This document shows positions 28,641 to 38,986 of a DNA stretch of 64,000 bases, one piece after another. Every line of letters begins with the position of its first letter. Within the stretch, counting starts at the first letter, position 1. The notes beneath the pieces are model-generated. The model made no database searches. It was not told the DNA's origin and saw only the letters and a list, made by a program, of their open reading frames with translations. A program made the position numbers and the translations under genes. Location of the stretch: the NCBI GenBank assembly GCA_963796955.1, contig CAWCNJ010000008.1, forward strand, positions 96,001 through 160,000. The letters are read 5' to 3'. The stretch comes from Endomicrobiales bacterium. GTDB taxonomy: Bacteria > Elusimicrobiota > Endomicrobiia > Endomicrobiales > JALOBY01.

Positions 28641-30347
28641 ATGCCCATATCTCCTCTACAGAAAAAATACCTCGGGGAAATACTCCTTCAGGCAGGACTT
28701 ATTGACCGCGTTCAGTTGCGGGATGCCCTTGCCGAACAACAATCCACTAAAGAAAAGTTAGGCGATATATTGCTCCAGCGCGGCTATATCTCGGAAGCCG
28801 ACCTTCAGCGCGGCTTGGCGCTCAGTTATGGTATACCTGCTGTTAAGCTTTCAGAACTCACCATACCAAAAGATGTAATATGCCTCATCTCTCCTCAAAC
28901 GGCAAAAAAATATAAAGTCATTCCTGTATCACACAATGGAGAGTCTCTTCAGCTTGCTATCTCAGACCCATCAAATATGCTTGCGTTGGATGAGGTGGAA
29001 GCTGAAACTAACCTTAAAATATCGACGGCCCTTTCTTCCGAGGCAGATATTACTTCTGCTCTCGAACGATATTATGCAGGCGCAATAATAGGCGCCACAG
29101 AAACTGCCGCCGAAGCCGCTGCTGTAGAAAATATTAAAAAAACTGACACAGATAGCGAACTTTCAGATGACGACCTTGAAGCCGCTGAAACCGCACCGAT
29201 CATTAAATACGTGAACGCTCTTTTTCAAGATGCCATAAACAAAGGCGCCAGTGATATTCATATTGAACCCGGTGAAAATTGTGTGTTCCTGCGTATGCGT
29301 GTTGATGGCGCTCTGCGAGAGCTGACCCCTCCGCCCTATAAATATCTATCGCCCATCGTCTCGCGTGTGAAGATCATGTCCAGCCTTGATATTGCTGAAC
29401 GTCGCTTGCCGCAGGATGGCAAATGCAAAATGAAGATCGGTGAAAAAAGAATTGACGTGCGCGTCTCAACCCTGCCGACCATCTATGGTGAGAAGGTTGT
29501 GCTGCGTATCCTTGACCGCGCCGGGATCTCACTTAAAATGTCCGATATCGGCCTCACTCCTCAGGACACTGAGGTTTTTCAGGAAATACTGAACAGCCCC
29601 CATGGTATGATACTGCTCACTGGCCCTACCGGAAGCGGTAAGACAACTACGCTGTATACCGGCCTTAGCTTTATTAACACCACTGATCGGAATATCGTTA
29701 CCGTCGAGGATCCCGTAGAATATGAACTAAAAAGCGTCAATCAGGTGCAGGTTCGTTCCAATATCGGTCTTACCTTTGCGAATGTGCTGCGTTCAGTCTT
29801 ACGCCAGGATCCAGACGTAATAATGGTCGGTGAAATTCGTGATAAAGAAACGGCTGAGATCGCTATACAGTCAGCCCTCACCGGACACCTTGTTCTATCA
29901 ACGTTGCATACGAACGATGCAGTAAGTTCATTGGCACGTTTGCGGTATATGGGAATAGAGCCTTTTTTGATAGCTGATGCGGTCGAACTGATAATCGCAC
30001 AACGCCTGGTAAGAAAAATTTGTCCGCATTGCAAGGAGCCCATAGAAGTACCGGAGCGTGTATTAGAACGTCTGGGCTATCCTAAGGGTGAGAAAATAAC
30101 GGTATATCACGGCAAAGGCTGCGACAAATGTTTTGGATCCGGCTATAAAGGCCGTACCGCGATCAATGAAGTGTTGAGGATGTCAAACAGACTTAGGAAA
30201 ATGATGCTTTCGGACGCCGGCGATGTGGAAATGAAGCAGGTAGCGATAGAAGAGGGCATGCGTACGCTTAGGGATCAAGCTATTTCAAAACTTATGCAGG
30301 GTATCACGACGATAGAAGAAGTTTTGACCATCACGACAACCTTTTAA
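28641..30347 (+). CDS. pilB: Type IV pilus assembly ATPase PilB with MshEN-like N-terminus
   Basis: ASDIHIEP, ERRLPQDG, GPTGSGKTTT, EDPVE, LRQDPDVIMVGEIRD, TGHLVLSTLHTN, CPHC...CDKC. Confidence 0.93.
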   Translation: MPISPLQKKYLGEILLQAGLIDRVQLRDALAEQQSTKEKLGDILLQRGYISEADLQRGLALSYGIPAVKLSELTIPKDVICLISPQTAKKYKVIPVSHNGESLQLAISDPSNMLALDEVEAETNLKISTALSSEADITSALERYYAGAIIGATETAAEAAAVENIKKTDTDSELSDDDLEAAETAPIIKYVNALFQDAINKGASDIHIEPGENCVFLRMRVDGALRELTPPPYKYLSPIVSRVKIMSSLDIAERRLPQDGKCKMKIGEKRIDVRVSTLPTIYGEKVVLRILDRAGISLKMSDIGLTPQDTEVFQEILNSPHGMILLTGPTGSGKTTTLYTGLSFINTTDRNIVTVEDPVEYELKSVNQVQVRSNIGLTFANVLRSVLRQDPDVIMVGEIRDKETAEIAIQSALTGHLVLSTLHTNDAVSSLARLRYMGIEPFLIADAVELIIAQRLVRKICPHCKEPIEVPERVLERLGYPKGEKITVYHGKGCDKCFGSGYKGRTAINEVLRMSNRLRKMMLSDAGDVEMKQVAIEEGMRTLRDQAISKLMQGITTIEEVLTITTTF

Positions 30348-30356
30348 GGATCATAT

Positions 30357-31436
30357 ATGGGTAATTCATTACTTGTTGAAATGCTGAAATATGCAATAGA
30401 AAAAGATGCAACCGATCTTCATCTGACGGCTGGTGTGCGCCCGTATGTACGTATTAACGGCCAGATGATAATGGCAGAACTGCCCATTTTAAGCACTGAA
30501 CAGTGTGATGCTCTTATGCTTGGTATGTTAACCGGCGAACAGACAAAATTGTTCGATAAGGAAAAAGTCATAGATTTTTCATTTGGCGAGCCCGGACTTG
30601 GCAGGTTTAGGGTGAACATTTATCAGCAACAGGGCACGCTCGCCGCGGCTATCCGTATTTTGCCGCATGACATACTGCCTATAGAACGACTAGGACTGCC
30701 CGTTGAACTGCCGAAAAAATTCTGTGAGCTCTCGAACGGCTTGATTTTGGTCTGCGGTCCCGTAGGCAGCGGAAAAACTACTACGCTGGCATCGATGATA
30801 AACCATATAAATCAAACAAGGAAAACGCACATAATCTCGATCGAAGACCCGATCGAGTATGTGCATAGGAATAGCAAGAGCCTAATACATCAACGTGAGA
30901 TACGCCGGGACACAAACAATTTCTATGATGCACTTAAATTTATTTTGCGTGAAGACCCTGATGTGGTTATTATTGGTGAAGTAAGAGATCTGGATACTAT
31001 ATCGTCAGCCTTAACTATTGCTGAAACAGGACATCTTGTGATGGCAACATTGCACACTGGTGATGCCAGCGAATCCATACGCAGGATAATAGACATGTAT
31101 CCACAGGTACAGCAAACCCAAATAGCATCTCAGCTCTCAAATGTACTTCTTGGCGTTATAAATCAGACCCTTGTGCCGACTGTTAACAACGGAAAACGGG
31201 TTCTTGCCAGCGAGGTTATGGTAGTAAACAGCGCAATTCAGAATATGATCCGTGAAAACAAGATCGAACAGATCTATTCGCACATTCAGACTGGAACCAA
31301 CCAGGGCATGCAAACAATGAACCAGTCCCTACAGGGCTATGTCCGGCGCGGGGTCGTTTCAAGAACTGTCGCGCTTGCACAAACAAAAAGGACAAAAGAA
31401 CTGGAAAAGCTGCTGGAAGGCGGTTCCTTTGCCTAA
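30357..31436 (+). CDS. pilT: Type IV pilus retraction ATPase PilT
   Basis: RFRVNIY, GSGKTTTLAS, EDPIEY, LREDPDV, AETGHLV, AIQNMIRE (AIRNLIRE motif), GMQTM. Confidence 0.92.
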   Translation: MGNSLLVEMLKYAIEKDATDLHLTAGVRPYVRINGQMIMAELPILSTEQCDALMLGMLTGEQTKLFDKEKVIDFSFGEPGLGRFRVNIYQQQGTLAAAIRILPHDILPIERLGLPVELPKKFCELSNGLILVCGPVGSGKTTTLASMINHINQTRKTHIISIEDPIEYVHRNSKSLIHQREIRRDTNNFYDALKFILREDPDVVIIGEVRDLDTISSALTIAETGHLVMATLHTGDASESIRRIIDMYPQVQQTQIASQLSNVLLGVINQTLVPTVNNGKRVLASEVMVVNSAIQNMIRENKIEQIYSHIQTGTNQGMQTMNQSLQGYVRRGVVSRTVALAQTKRTKELEKLLEGGSFA

Positions 31437-32679
31437 TTATCTGTATAAAGCACGGAATGAAAATGGAGAACTTGTCCAAGGCTCCAGAATAGCCGTAACC
31501 GAAAGAGATCTGGCAATGCAGTTACGAGCTGAAAAATTATCGGTATTTTCTATCGATGGCTCCGGCGATCCGATGGGATCTTCTACTGTGGCCAGCTTAA
31601 AAGCGTCATTGAACAAACAATTTAAAAGCGGCGGCAAGATAACATATCAGGATATCGCAGTGTTTTGCCGTCAGCTTGCGACATTAATAAATGCTGGTGT
31701 CAGCATTTTGGACGCGATCGAGGACATCTCCGAGATGGTTTCTACACAGAAGTTCAAGGTGCTACTCAAAACAGTAGCTACAGACGTCCGTCAGGGAGAT
31801 ACTCTTTCAGGTGCATTAAGAAAACATGTTAAGGTTTTCGGAAAAATATTTATAGCGCTGGTGGCGGCCGGCGAGAAAAGTGGCCAGCTGGGCAAGGTTT
31901 TAAAAGACCTTTCCGCCTATATGGAAAATTCAGTAAAGCTGAGCGGCAAAGTAAAATCAGCAATGGCATACCCTACATTTGTTGCTGTTTTCTTTGTGGT
32001 TGCGTTGTTAGGAATGATATTCTTTATGGTGCCACGGTTCAAATCGTTATTTGCTCAGTTTGGAGCTGAATTGCCGCTCCCCACAAAAATAACCGTGGCA
32101 ATCAGCGATACGCTTATTCATAATGCGCCGTTTGCATTTCTCATTGTGGGGGCAATAGTTGCTTTTTTCCTTTATGTTAACAAAACACCAAAGGGTAAAT
32201 TGTTCTTTGATAATAGCAAACTTAAAATACCCATTTTCGGTCCCATGCTCATAAAGATCGTTATGGCTCGTTTTTTTCAGACGTTAGCTACACTTATTAA
32301 AAGCGGTAACGATATTGTGTCGTCTCTTGATATTTCCGCCAAGACAACTGATAATATGTTCATGGAAAAAATAGTTGACCAGATCAAAACTCGTGTAGTC
32401 GAAGGCTCGACATTGTCTGAAGAGTTAGGAAAGCATCCTATTTTTCCTGCTATGGTAGTTAGAATGGCGGCTGTCGGTGAAAAATCCGGACAGCTTGATG
32501 AATTGTTTTACCGTGTTTCAGAATACTACAACGATGAGGTCGACGCAATAGTGGCATCTATGAGCGCCGTTATAGAACCAGTTTTAATTGTTGTTATGGG
32601 GGGGCTTGTGGGGACATTTATTATAACGATGTATTTGCCAATTTTCAAAATTGCCGGTGCAGTTCTGGGTAAACAGTGA
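31429..32679 (+). CDS. pilC: Type IV pilus inner-membrane platform protein PilC
   Basis: TTG start giving [48 protein letters not shown]. Confidence 0.93.
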   Translation: MPNYLYKARNENGELVQGSRIAVTERDLAMQLRAEKLSVFSIDGSGDPMGSSTVASLKASLNKQFKSGGKITYQDIAVFCRQLATLINAGVSILDAIEDISEMVSTQKFKVLLKTVATDVRQGDTLSGALRKHVKVFGKIFIALVAAGEKSGQLGKVLKDLSAYMENSVKLSGKVKSAMAYPTFVAVFFVVALLGMIFFMVPRFKSLFAQFGAELPLPTKITVAISDTLIHNAPFAFLIVGAIVAFFLYVNKTPKGKLFFDNSKLKIPIFGPMLIKIVMARFFQTLATLIKSGNDIVSSLDISAKTTDNMFMEKIVDQIKTRVVEGSTLSEELGKHPIFPAMVVRMAAVGEKSGQLDELFYRVSEYYNDEVDAIVASMSAVIEPVLIVVMGGLVGTFIITMYLPIFKIAGAVLGKQ

Positions 32680-32750
32680 GTATTATTCAACGGGAGGAAC
32701 GTATGATTAAGGGTAGCATGTGTGCAAAAAATTCAACAGGAGGTAATGAA

Positions 32751-33218
32751 ATGAGACTAAAAAAATCTCAAGGTTTCACTCTGATTGAGCTGGTTATCGT
32801 TATAATAATAATTGCTATATTAGCAATTATTGCTGTGCCAACGTATCGAAATTACACTCGTAGGTCAATGGTGGCTGAAGGAAAAAGCCTTGTGGGTGCT
32901 GTTGCGACCGCCCAAAAGCTCTATTACACTGAGCATAGTGCATATTTTGGTGACGGCAGTGTTCCGTACACAGGTGTCGATGCTGCAGGAGTTCCTGATA
33001 TTTTGGGGATAGATTGCCGTGCAAATAAGTACTTCATTCATTATTGGACTTCTAATAATGGGACTTCAGGCTTAGCTTCAACCTTCAATATTGATACCGG
33101 TGCGGTAGCTGCTCCCAGTGATGCTGCTGGATTGCAGGTCCTTCTGCAAACTGCTTCACCATCTAGTCCCGGTACACTTGTCGTTCAAGACGCTGGTGTG
33201 CAAATGCCTGGGTGGTAG
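32751..33218 (+). CDS. pilA: Type IV major pilin
   Basis: [12 protein letters not shown] class III signal; strong SD AGGAGG; follows pilC; alternative in-frame start at 32703. Confidence 0.85.
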   Translation: MRLKKSQGFTLIELVIVIIIIAILAIIAVPTYRNYTRRSMVAEGKSLVGAVATAQKLYYTEHSAYFGDGSVPYTGVDAAGVPDILGIDCRANKYFIHYWTSNNGTSGLASTFNIDTGAVAAPSDAAGLQVLLQTASPSSPGTLVVQDAGVQMPGW

Positions 33219-33305
33219 ATGGTGATTTGGGTACGGCAAAACACGGATAGAGTCTAAACTCTTGACAAGATATTTTGTTAACACTGAAACGATTGGAATG
33301 AATTG

Positions 33306-34316
33306 ATGATCGGCTTAGATATAGGTTCATACTATATTAAATTATGTTCTATTGAACGGCGCGGGCCTGGCATTAATGTCAGTCTTGCGATGATGGTGCG
33401 TAATGCGATCTCTCCACAGGGCGGTAAACATGATCATGAAGTATCTGCGATCGTCAACAAGCTGATTCGCAAGGCCGACCTCAGCGAGGGTAATGTTGCT
33501 TTTTCCGCCAGTGCTCGCAATGTCGTTTCGCGTAACTTCGAGTTCCCTAAGATGACGAATGAAGAGCTTAAGGGGGCGGTGCAGTTTGAGGCCGCCCAGG
33601 CAAGTTCTTTGAAAACAGGCGAAATGTATTCAGATTTTGTCGTTTTAACTACGGATGCGCCGAAGCTGGATGAGGTGCTGTATGTTGCGGCTCCGAAGAA
33701 CGAAATTGAAAGCTGTATACAGATAGTCCGAAAAGCAGGATTTACGCCGTCAGCATGCGATATAGGTAATATCGCTTTGGCGAATAGCTTTTGGACTTTT
33801 GACCCTAACCCTTCCAAAGAATCGGTCGTGATGGTGGACATCGGGCACAGCACATCCAACATTTCAATTGTCGACAACGACGAATTGCGTTTTGTTCGTT
33901 CCATAGAATGCGGCGGCCGGGATATAACAAAAGAAATATCTCATCATCTTGGTGTGTCAATGGACCTTGCCGAATCAATTAAGCGTAAGCCTGAAATGTG
34001 GAACTCGCTCGGGTTAAATATGACCAACATTCTTAAAAAAAGCCTGCCGGATATGCTGGAAGGTTTGTATAGGTCGGTCGAGTATTGTATGACCAGGAAA
34101 AAATTGCCTTTTGTAGACCAGATACTGGTAACCGGCGGTTCATCTTCATTGCTGGGAATTGAAAATTTCATTACCGAGTCATTGGGTTTTCGTACTAAAA
34201 AGTGGAATCCGCTTGTGCAGTCTGATGTAAATATTCCTGCGTATAAACAATGGGGCCAATTTCTCGGCGTAGCGCTGGGGCTGGCGGTAAGACATGAAAA
34301 GACTGCTAGAACTTAA
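33306..34316 (+). CDS. pilM: Type IV pilus assembly protein PilM
   Basis: IGLDIGS, VDIGH, GGRDIT, VTGGSS, NPL, VALGLA (actin-like fold). Confidence 0.88.
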   Translation: MIGLDIGSYYIKLCSIERRGPGINVSLAMMVRNAISPQGGKHDHEVSAIVNKLIRKADLSEGNVAFSASARNVVSRNFEFPKMTNEELKGAVQFEAAQASSLKTGEMYSDFVVLTTDAPKLDEVLYVAAPKNEIESCIQIVRKAGFTPSACDIGNIALANSFWTFDPNPSKESVVMVDIGHSTSNISIVDNDELRFVRSIECGGRDITKEISHHLGVSMDLAESIKRKPEMWNSLGLNMTNILKKSLPDMLEGLYRSVEYCMTRKKLPFVDQILVTGGSSSLLGIENFITESLGFRTKKWNPLVQSDVNIPAYKQWGQFLGVALGLAVRHEKTART

Positions 34317-34875
34317 CCTTATCCAAGACAGACTTGTTCAGCAGAAACAAACTATGAAGCTCCTCGGATATATACGAAGGGGATACATAGTCTGTTTTAT
34401 GGTTTTTATCGGCCTTGTAGCAACCGTCGCTGCGATAGGGTTGCAGTGTTCAAAATGTCGTTCAAAAATAACATCGATAAAAAACAGTATCAAAGCTGAG
34501 CGTAAAGAGTACGGAATTGAACAGCTTGAAAATGAATGGAAAGGCTACGTAACACAAATGGGTCAAATAGAGAATTCCCTTGCAAAACGCACCTCTATAG
34601 CGGTGATGCTCAGCGAGCTTTCAAGGGATCTGCCTGCAAATGCCAGGATCACTAACTTTTCAGCAGATACGAACACCGGCGTTAATGTAAAACTGGATCT
34701 GCTTGTCTCTGATAAGGGACAATTAAGCATGGAATCTGTAATAGGCTTTCTTGACACGCTTAAGAAAAATCCGGTTTTCGGCGAGCACGTTAAAGTAGAT
34801 TCACAAGAAAAAGCAGGTTCTTCCGACCGAGACGCAACAGGCGAGATATACAAAATCTCGATACAAAAACAATAA
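34294..34875 (+). CDS. pilN: PilN-like protein
   Basis: ELNLI N-terminal motif, single TM, coiled coil, ELSRDLP, follows pilM. Confidence 0.7.
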   Translation: MKRLLELNLIQDRLVQQKQTMKLLGYIRRGYIVCFMVFIGLVATVAAIGLQCSKCRSKITSIKNSIKAERKEYGIEQLENEWKGYVTQMGQIENSLAKRTSIAVMLSELSRDLPANARITNFSADTNTGVNVKLDLLVSDKGQLSMESVIGFLDTLKKNPVFGEHVKVDSQEKAGSSDRDATGEIYKISIQKQ

Positions 34876-35792
34876 TGGATAAATTTGATATAAACGATGT
34901 TGTCAGGAAATATGAATGGGGAATGCCTGCGCTTTTTCTTGTATTGGGCATAGTGCTGATAGGATTATTCGTTCAGGTTTTTTTGTTGCCGAAATTTGCG
35001 GAGTTAAGGCAGGTTAAACACCAGGTCGCTCTTGAATCTGACAGGCTTTCACAGTATCGGGACCTGAAGTCTTTTACGTCAAAGCTTGGGGAGCAGAAGC
35101 AAAAGATAACAAACATCCTCGCAAACCAGGATATTAACCCTGGCAATATAAACGATACTTTAGAAGGAATATCAGCCTTGGCTTCCGCTGCTGGAATCAA
35201 GCTGGATAACATATCCGCGGATTCAGGAGTTGACGGTCAGGTCTGGAACCTTTCGTTCAGTGCAGATTCTAGACAAATGGTAAGTTTTATCGGCATTTTA
35301 GAACGAAATTATAAGATCAAGACATTCTCGGCTGGTGGCGGTAAGGAAATTCCGCATATTACTATTGCAATTATTAGTATCAACGGTTCGCATGTGAAAA
35401 ACAATCAAGGTACGGCAGTTATCGATACCAGCGGCGAGCTTTATGACCTCGGCCAAAAGGCTACGATGCACCTGTCAGAGATCGAAAAATTGCCAGCGAG
35501 CCGGCCGGTTATTGAAGTGAAACGGGATCTTTTCTCCGACCGGATGATAGAAGACCCTGCGAAACAGATAGTAAAAAAACCAGAACCAAAAAAACCGCGT
35601 ATACCGGCAATGCATTTAAGTTCCATAAGTTGGGATCCGGAAACTCCCGTGGCTGTAATAGAAAATATGGTGCTGAAGGAAGGCGACACATATAATGGGA
35701 TTCACGTGGTTAAGATCAATAGGAAGAGTGTTCATATCAAATGGCACGAAATAGACGCTACTTTAGAATTACATAAACAGAAAGGAGAATAA
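34875..35792 (+). CDS. PilO-like protein with a C-terminal PilP/GspC-HR-like domain
   Basis: TM, coiled coil and ferredoxin-like PilO pattern, then RDLF, a Lys/Pro linker and LSSISW...PVAVIE...KEGD...VVKI...SV. Confidence 0.6.
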   Translation: MDKFDINDVVRKYEWGMPALFLVLGIVLIGLFVQVFLLPKFAELRQVKHQVALESDRLSQYRDLKSFTSKLGEQKQKITNILANQDINPGNINDTLEGISALASAAGIKLDNISADSGVDGQVWNLSFSADSRQMVSFIGILERNYKIKTFSAGGGKEIPHITIAIISINGSHVKNNQGTAVIDTSGELYDLGQKATMHLSEIEKLPASRPVIEVKRDLFSDRMIEDPAKQIVKKPEPKKPRIPAMHLSSISWDPETPVAVIENMVLKEGDTYNGIHVVKINRKSVHIKWHEIDATLELHKQKGE

Positions 35793-35798
35793 CCCGCA

Positions 35799-37136
35799 AT
35801 GAAAAGGACACTGCTTTCGACAATGATCTGCTTTATGGCGTTTTTACTGGCCCAGGGTTTTATTTCGACCGCCGGAGCAGAGGAGGGAGACGACGAAGCC
35901 CCGGTAAGCTCTGGGGCAGGTTCTCCAAAAAGATTGATAACTCTCCAGTTTCCTGAAACTCCGTTAAATACCGTGCTTGATGTGCTGAGCATTAAAACAG
36001 GCAAAAAGTTTATAACCGATATTGAACTGGCAAAAAAGAAAGTGTTGTTGAATTTGCGGGATGTTACGGCGGAAGAAGCGCTTAATGCCCTTCTCGATAC
36101 CAACAACTTGTATTATATTCGCCAAAGTGAGACAAGTAATATATATGTGATAAAAAGTAAACCTGATCAAGGCCAGCCTTTGTTCTCACAGCAAATATTC
36201 TTCCTGAGCTTTGCCGGGGCTAAGGAACTTGAACCGACGATTAAGCAGAAATTAAGTAAGAATGGACAGGTGAGTGTCGATGAACGTACCAATAGTCTTG
36301 TTGTTTCAGATACCGGCGACAATCTTGATAAGATCAGCTCTATATTAAAGGCATTAGACATACCTACTTTGCAGGTGCAGCTGGAGGCTAAAATAGTTGA
36401 AGTTAAGCTAGATGCCGGCCTACAGATGGGTGTGAATATCGGAAGCCTTGGCCATAATGATAAGTACTATACGGATCCTTTGAGCTTATTCTATAAAAAC
36501 AATTATGGAACGAAAGATACCGTAATACCGGTTACAGCAGTGCATCCGGAATATAATTATGCTCAGACTTTCGCCCCAGGGCTTGGCTCAGGAAGCGGCG
36601 TTTTCTCGTTCGCGATAATCCACGACAATTTGAACCTTCAGGGTGATATCGAAGCATCGAAAACCGACACTAACACGCAATTATTGACTAACCCCAGATT
36701 GCTCGTAATGAACAACAACGAGGCGACTATTGATATCGTCGATGAAGTTCCTTACCAACAGGCAACGGTTGCTAACGGCGCCACTACTGAATCAACAATG
36801 TTTAAAGATGTAGGTATAAAATTAAAGGTTAAACCGCAGATAAATCGCGACGGTACTATAATTCTTACCGTAGCGCCGGAAAACAGTTTCCTTAACGGAA
36901 CGACTGCAGACAACATACCGATAATAAACACAACAAAGGCAAGTACGGTATTTATAATGAAGGACGGTGAAACAGCTGTGATCGGTGGGCTTATCAGCGA
37001 AACAAAAAGCAATACAGAGATAAAGGTGCCTTTGCTGGGCGATATTCCGATCATAGGCTATCTGTTTAAGAAGAAAAGCACTGATAAACAGCGCGCGGAA
37101 TTGACCATATTCATTAAAGCCAAGATAATGCAATAA
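35799..37136 (+). CDS. pilQ: Secretin PilQ/GspD family
   Basis: Signal peptide; DERTNSLVV, LDIPTLQVQLEAKIVEV, DVGIKLKVKPQI, IGGLI, KVPLLGDIPIIGYLFK. Confidence 0.9.
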   Translation: MKRTLLSTMICFMAFLLAQGFISTAGAEEGDDEAPVSSGAGSPKRLITLQFPETPLNTVLDVLSIKTGKKFITDIELAKKKVLLNLRDVTAEEALNALLDTNNLYYIRQSETSNIYVIKSKPDQGQPLFSQQIFFLSFAGAKELEPTIKQKLSKNGQVSVDERTNSLVVSDTGDNLDKISSILKALDIPTLQVQLEAKIVEVKLDAGLQMGVNIGSLGHNDKYYTDPLSLFYKNNYGTKDTVIPVTAVHPEYNYAQTFAPGLGSGSGVFSFAIIHDNLNLQGDIEASKTDTNTQLLTNPRLLVMNNNEATIDIVDEVPYQQATVANGATTESTMFKDVGIKLKVKPQINRDGTIILTVAPENSFLNGTTADNIPIINTTKASTVFIMKDGETAVIGGLISETKSNTEIKVPLLGDIPIIGYLFKKKSTDKQRAELTIFIKAKIMQ

Positions 37137-37145
37137 AAGGGTATA

Positions 37146-37700
37146 ATGGCAAACAACGCGAAGGCTAATATACTGATCATAGATGATGAACAAGGCGTTA
37201 GAGATACTCTGGCACCTATGCTTGAAGAGGCGGGCTATTTTGTAGGCTGCTGTGAAGACGGTGCCAACGCGGTAGAGATGGCGCGTCGCACGTTTTACGA
37301 CGTGATAATCGTCGATTACCGGTTGCCAGACACGAACGGGCTTAAATTAATAAAAGATATATTGCTTGTATCAGCGGAGTCTGTGCCTATTATCATTTCC
37401 GGTTCAAGTTCCATAGAGATCGCGGTAGCAGCAATGAGGATGGGCGCCCATGATTATCTGGTCAAACCCATAAACAGTAACGATCTTTTGGCTATAATAG
37501 CTACCATACTTGAAGAGCGGGCAGCATTTGTCAGAGGGAAGAACAACCGGGAGCAGGCGATCAAACAGTTAGGTAAAGTTGCGCCGGATCCCGGTATTAT
37601 AACGATAGTTCAAAACAAATCCGGCTCTTCTGTTGTTGCCAGTAAGGGGTTAGTCGATGGTTTGGCTAAACAGATAAAACGCTATTTTTATCCAGTTTAA
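37146..37700 (+). CDS. Response regulator (receiver domain plus short C-terminal extension)
   Basis: ILIIDDE, IIVDYRLPDTNG, ISG, GAHDYLVKP. Confidence 0.88.
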   Translation: MANNAKANILIIDDEQGVRDTLAPMLEEAGYFVGCCEDGANAVEMARRTFYDVIIVDYRLPDTNGLKLIKDILLVSAESVPIIISGSSSIEIAVAAMRMGAHDYLVKPINSNDLLAIIATILEERAAFVRGKNNREQAIKQLGKVAPDPGIITIVQNKSGSSVVASKGLVDGLAKQIKRYFYPV

Positions 37701-37713
37701 CAAGAGGCGCCTA

Positions 37714-38574
37714 ATGAAAATGATCATGGTAAAACTTTTTTGTGCAGCGAGCGTTCTTTTGTTGATAACAACGATATCCAGCGCAGTATTGTCAGAAAAA
37801 GATACTACAGGGCTGTCGAAGATGAGAGTAACACAACCAAAAAGAACCGCGCCTGTTCAAATCCCCACAACGCCAACCGTAGACAACAGGATATCAATAG
37901 CCGATTCACCCTATACACAGGATCGCTACCTCTACAAAGCAAGGAAGGCGTTTTCGATCGGTAACCTGCAGGCCGCCGATGTGTATGTAGGGAAATCATT
38001 GCGTACTTATAAGGATAACAAACCTGCACAATTGTTTAAACAAAAAGTTGACGCGGTTAAACAGCAGATGGAGCAGGAACGCCTTTCTATGGCCCGTGAA
38101 TATTACATCGATGCGAAGCACCTCTACAGGAAGGGTTTGGTACTGGACTCGATGCTGCAGAACAAGAAATCCCTGCTGCTTGAGCCGGCATCAAAAGATG
38201 CGCAAAGGCTGAATGAAGATATTGTGACATCGTTGAGAAAGATGACGGAGAGTATAAACGAGGACTATCGAAAGAAATTCAGAAAAGCAGTGCAATATTT
38301 TATCGATGGTAATATAGATAAATCTGAACGATACTTCAGGATGCTTGAAAATCAGACGAGCACCGCCGATTATCTTCTTCCGATCGTTATTTCGCATCGT
38401 TCCGACAAAGTCAACCAGGAACGCTCGAATGATTATTATGAACAGGCTATTGATCAACTGAATGAAACAAGGTACAGCAAAGCCAAAGATGCGTTATCCA
38501 TAGCGCTTCAAATGGACAAGGACAATATTGATGCACGCTTATTACTGATCCTGGTAAATATTTTGGATCAATAA
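37714..38574 (+). CDS. Exported helical/TPR-like protein
   Basis: Signal peptide; repeated Y..A...Y..G....A TPR-like helices; sits inside the pil operon. Confidence 0.6.
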   Translation: MKMIMVKLFCAASVLLLITTISSAVLSEKDTTGLSKMRVTQPKRTAPVQIPTTPTVDNRISIADSPYTQDRYLYKARKAFSIGNLQAADVYVGKSLRTYKDNKPAQLFKQKVDAVKQQMEQERLSMAREYYIDAKHLYRKGLVLDSMLQNKKSLLLEPASKDAQRLNEDIVTSLRKMTESINEDYRKKFRKAVQYFIDGNIDKSERYFRMLENQTSTADYLLPIVISHRSDKVNQERSNDYYEQAIDQLNETRYSKAKDALSIALQMDKDNIDARLLLILVNILDQ

Positions 38575-38575
38575 T

Positions 38576-38986
38576 ATGCGTATAAATGCCCAATCGAACT
38601 ATCGCGGCACAACTCTTATAGAAGTGATCATCGCAATGATCATATTTTCAGTTCTTATGCTTGGTGGTATGAGTTTTTTTGTGTTCGCGAGGAAATTCTC
38701 GACTAACGCTAAACAGGAAATGATTGCAGTGTATAGGGCAAGATGTGCCATTGATCAAGCGATGACCTATAAATGGACAACTATGGATCCGGCTGTGCCT
38801 TATGGCGGAACATTCACTACAGCTGATGGAACAACATATACGCGAAGCGGTATATGGACAATTGTCCCCTATGGCTCAGGTTCTACAAATCTCAAACAAT
38901 TACACTATTCTCTCACCTGGACAGGGCAGCCGCCTTCAGAGGTTGTTGACTATGATGTGCTAATTGCTGAACCGAAGGTGAACTAA
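38576..38986 (+). CDS. Minor pilin (PilV-like)
   Basis: YRG|TTLIEVIIAM class III signal. Confidence 0.78.
   Translation: MRINAQSNYRGTTLIEVIIAMIIFSVLMLGGMSFFVFARKFSTNAKQEMIAVYRARCAIDQAMTYKWTTMDPAVPYGGTFTTADGTTYTRSGIWTIVPYGSGSTNLKQLHYSLTWTGQPPSEVVDYDVLIAEPKVN

Noticed and set aside
33219..33302. Possible c-di-GMP-I riboswitch before pilM (GGCAAA, CTAAAC fragments, two small hairpins)
   Set aside because: Lacks the GNRA-capped P2 stem and the ACGCAAAG core; the TTGACA here has no well-spaced -10 either
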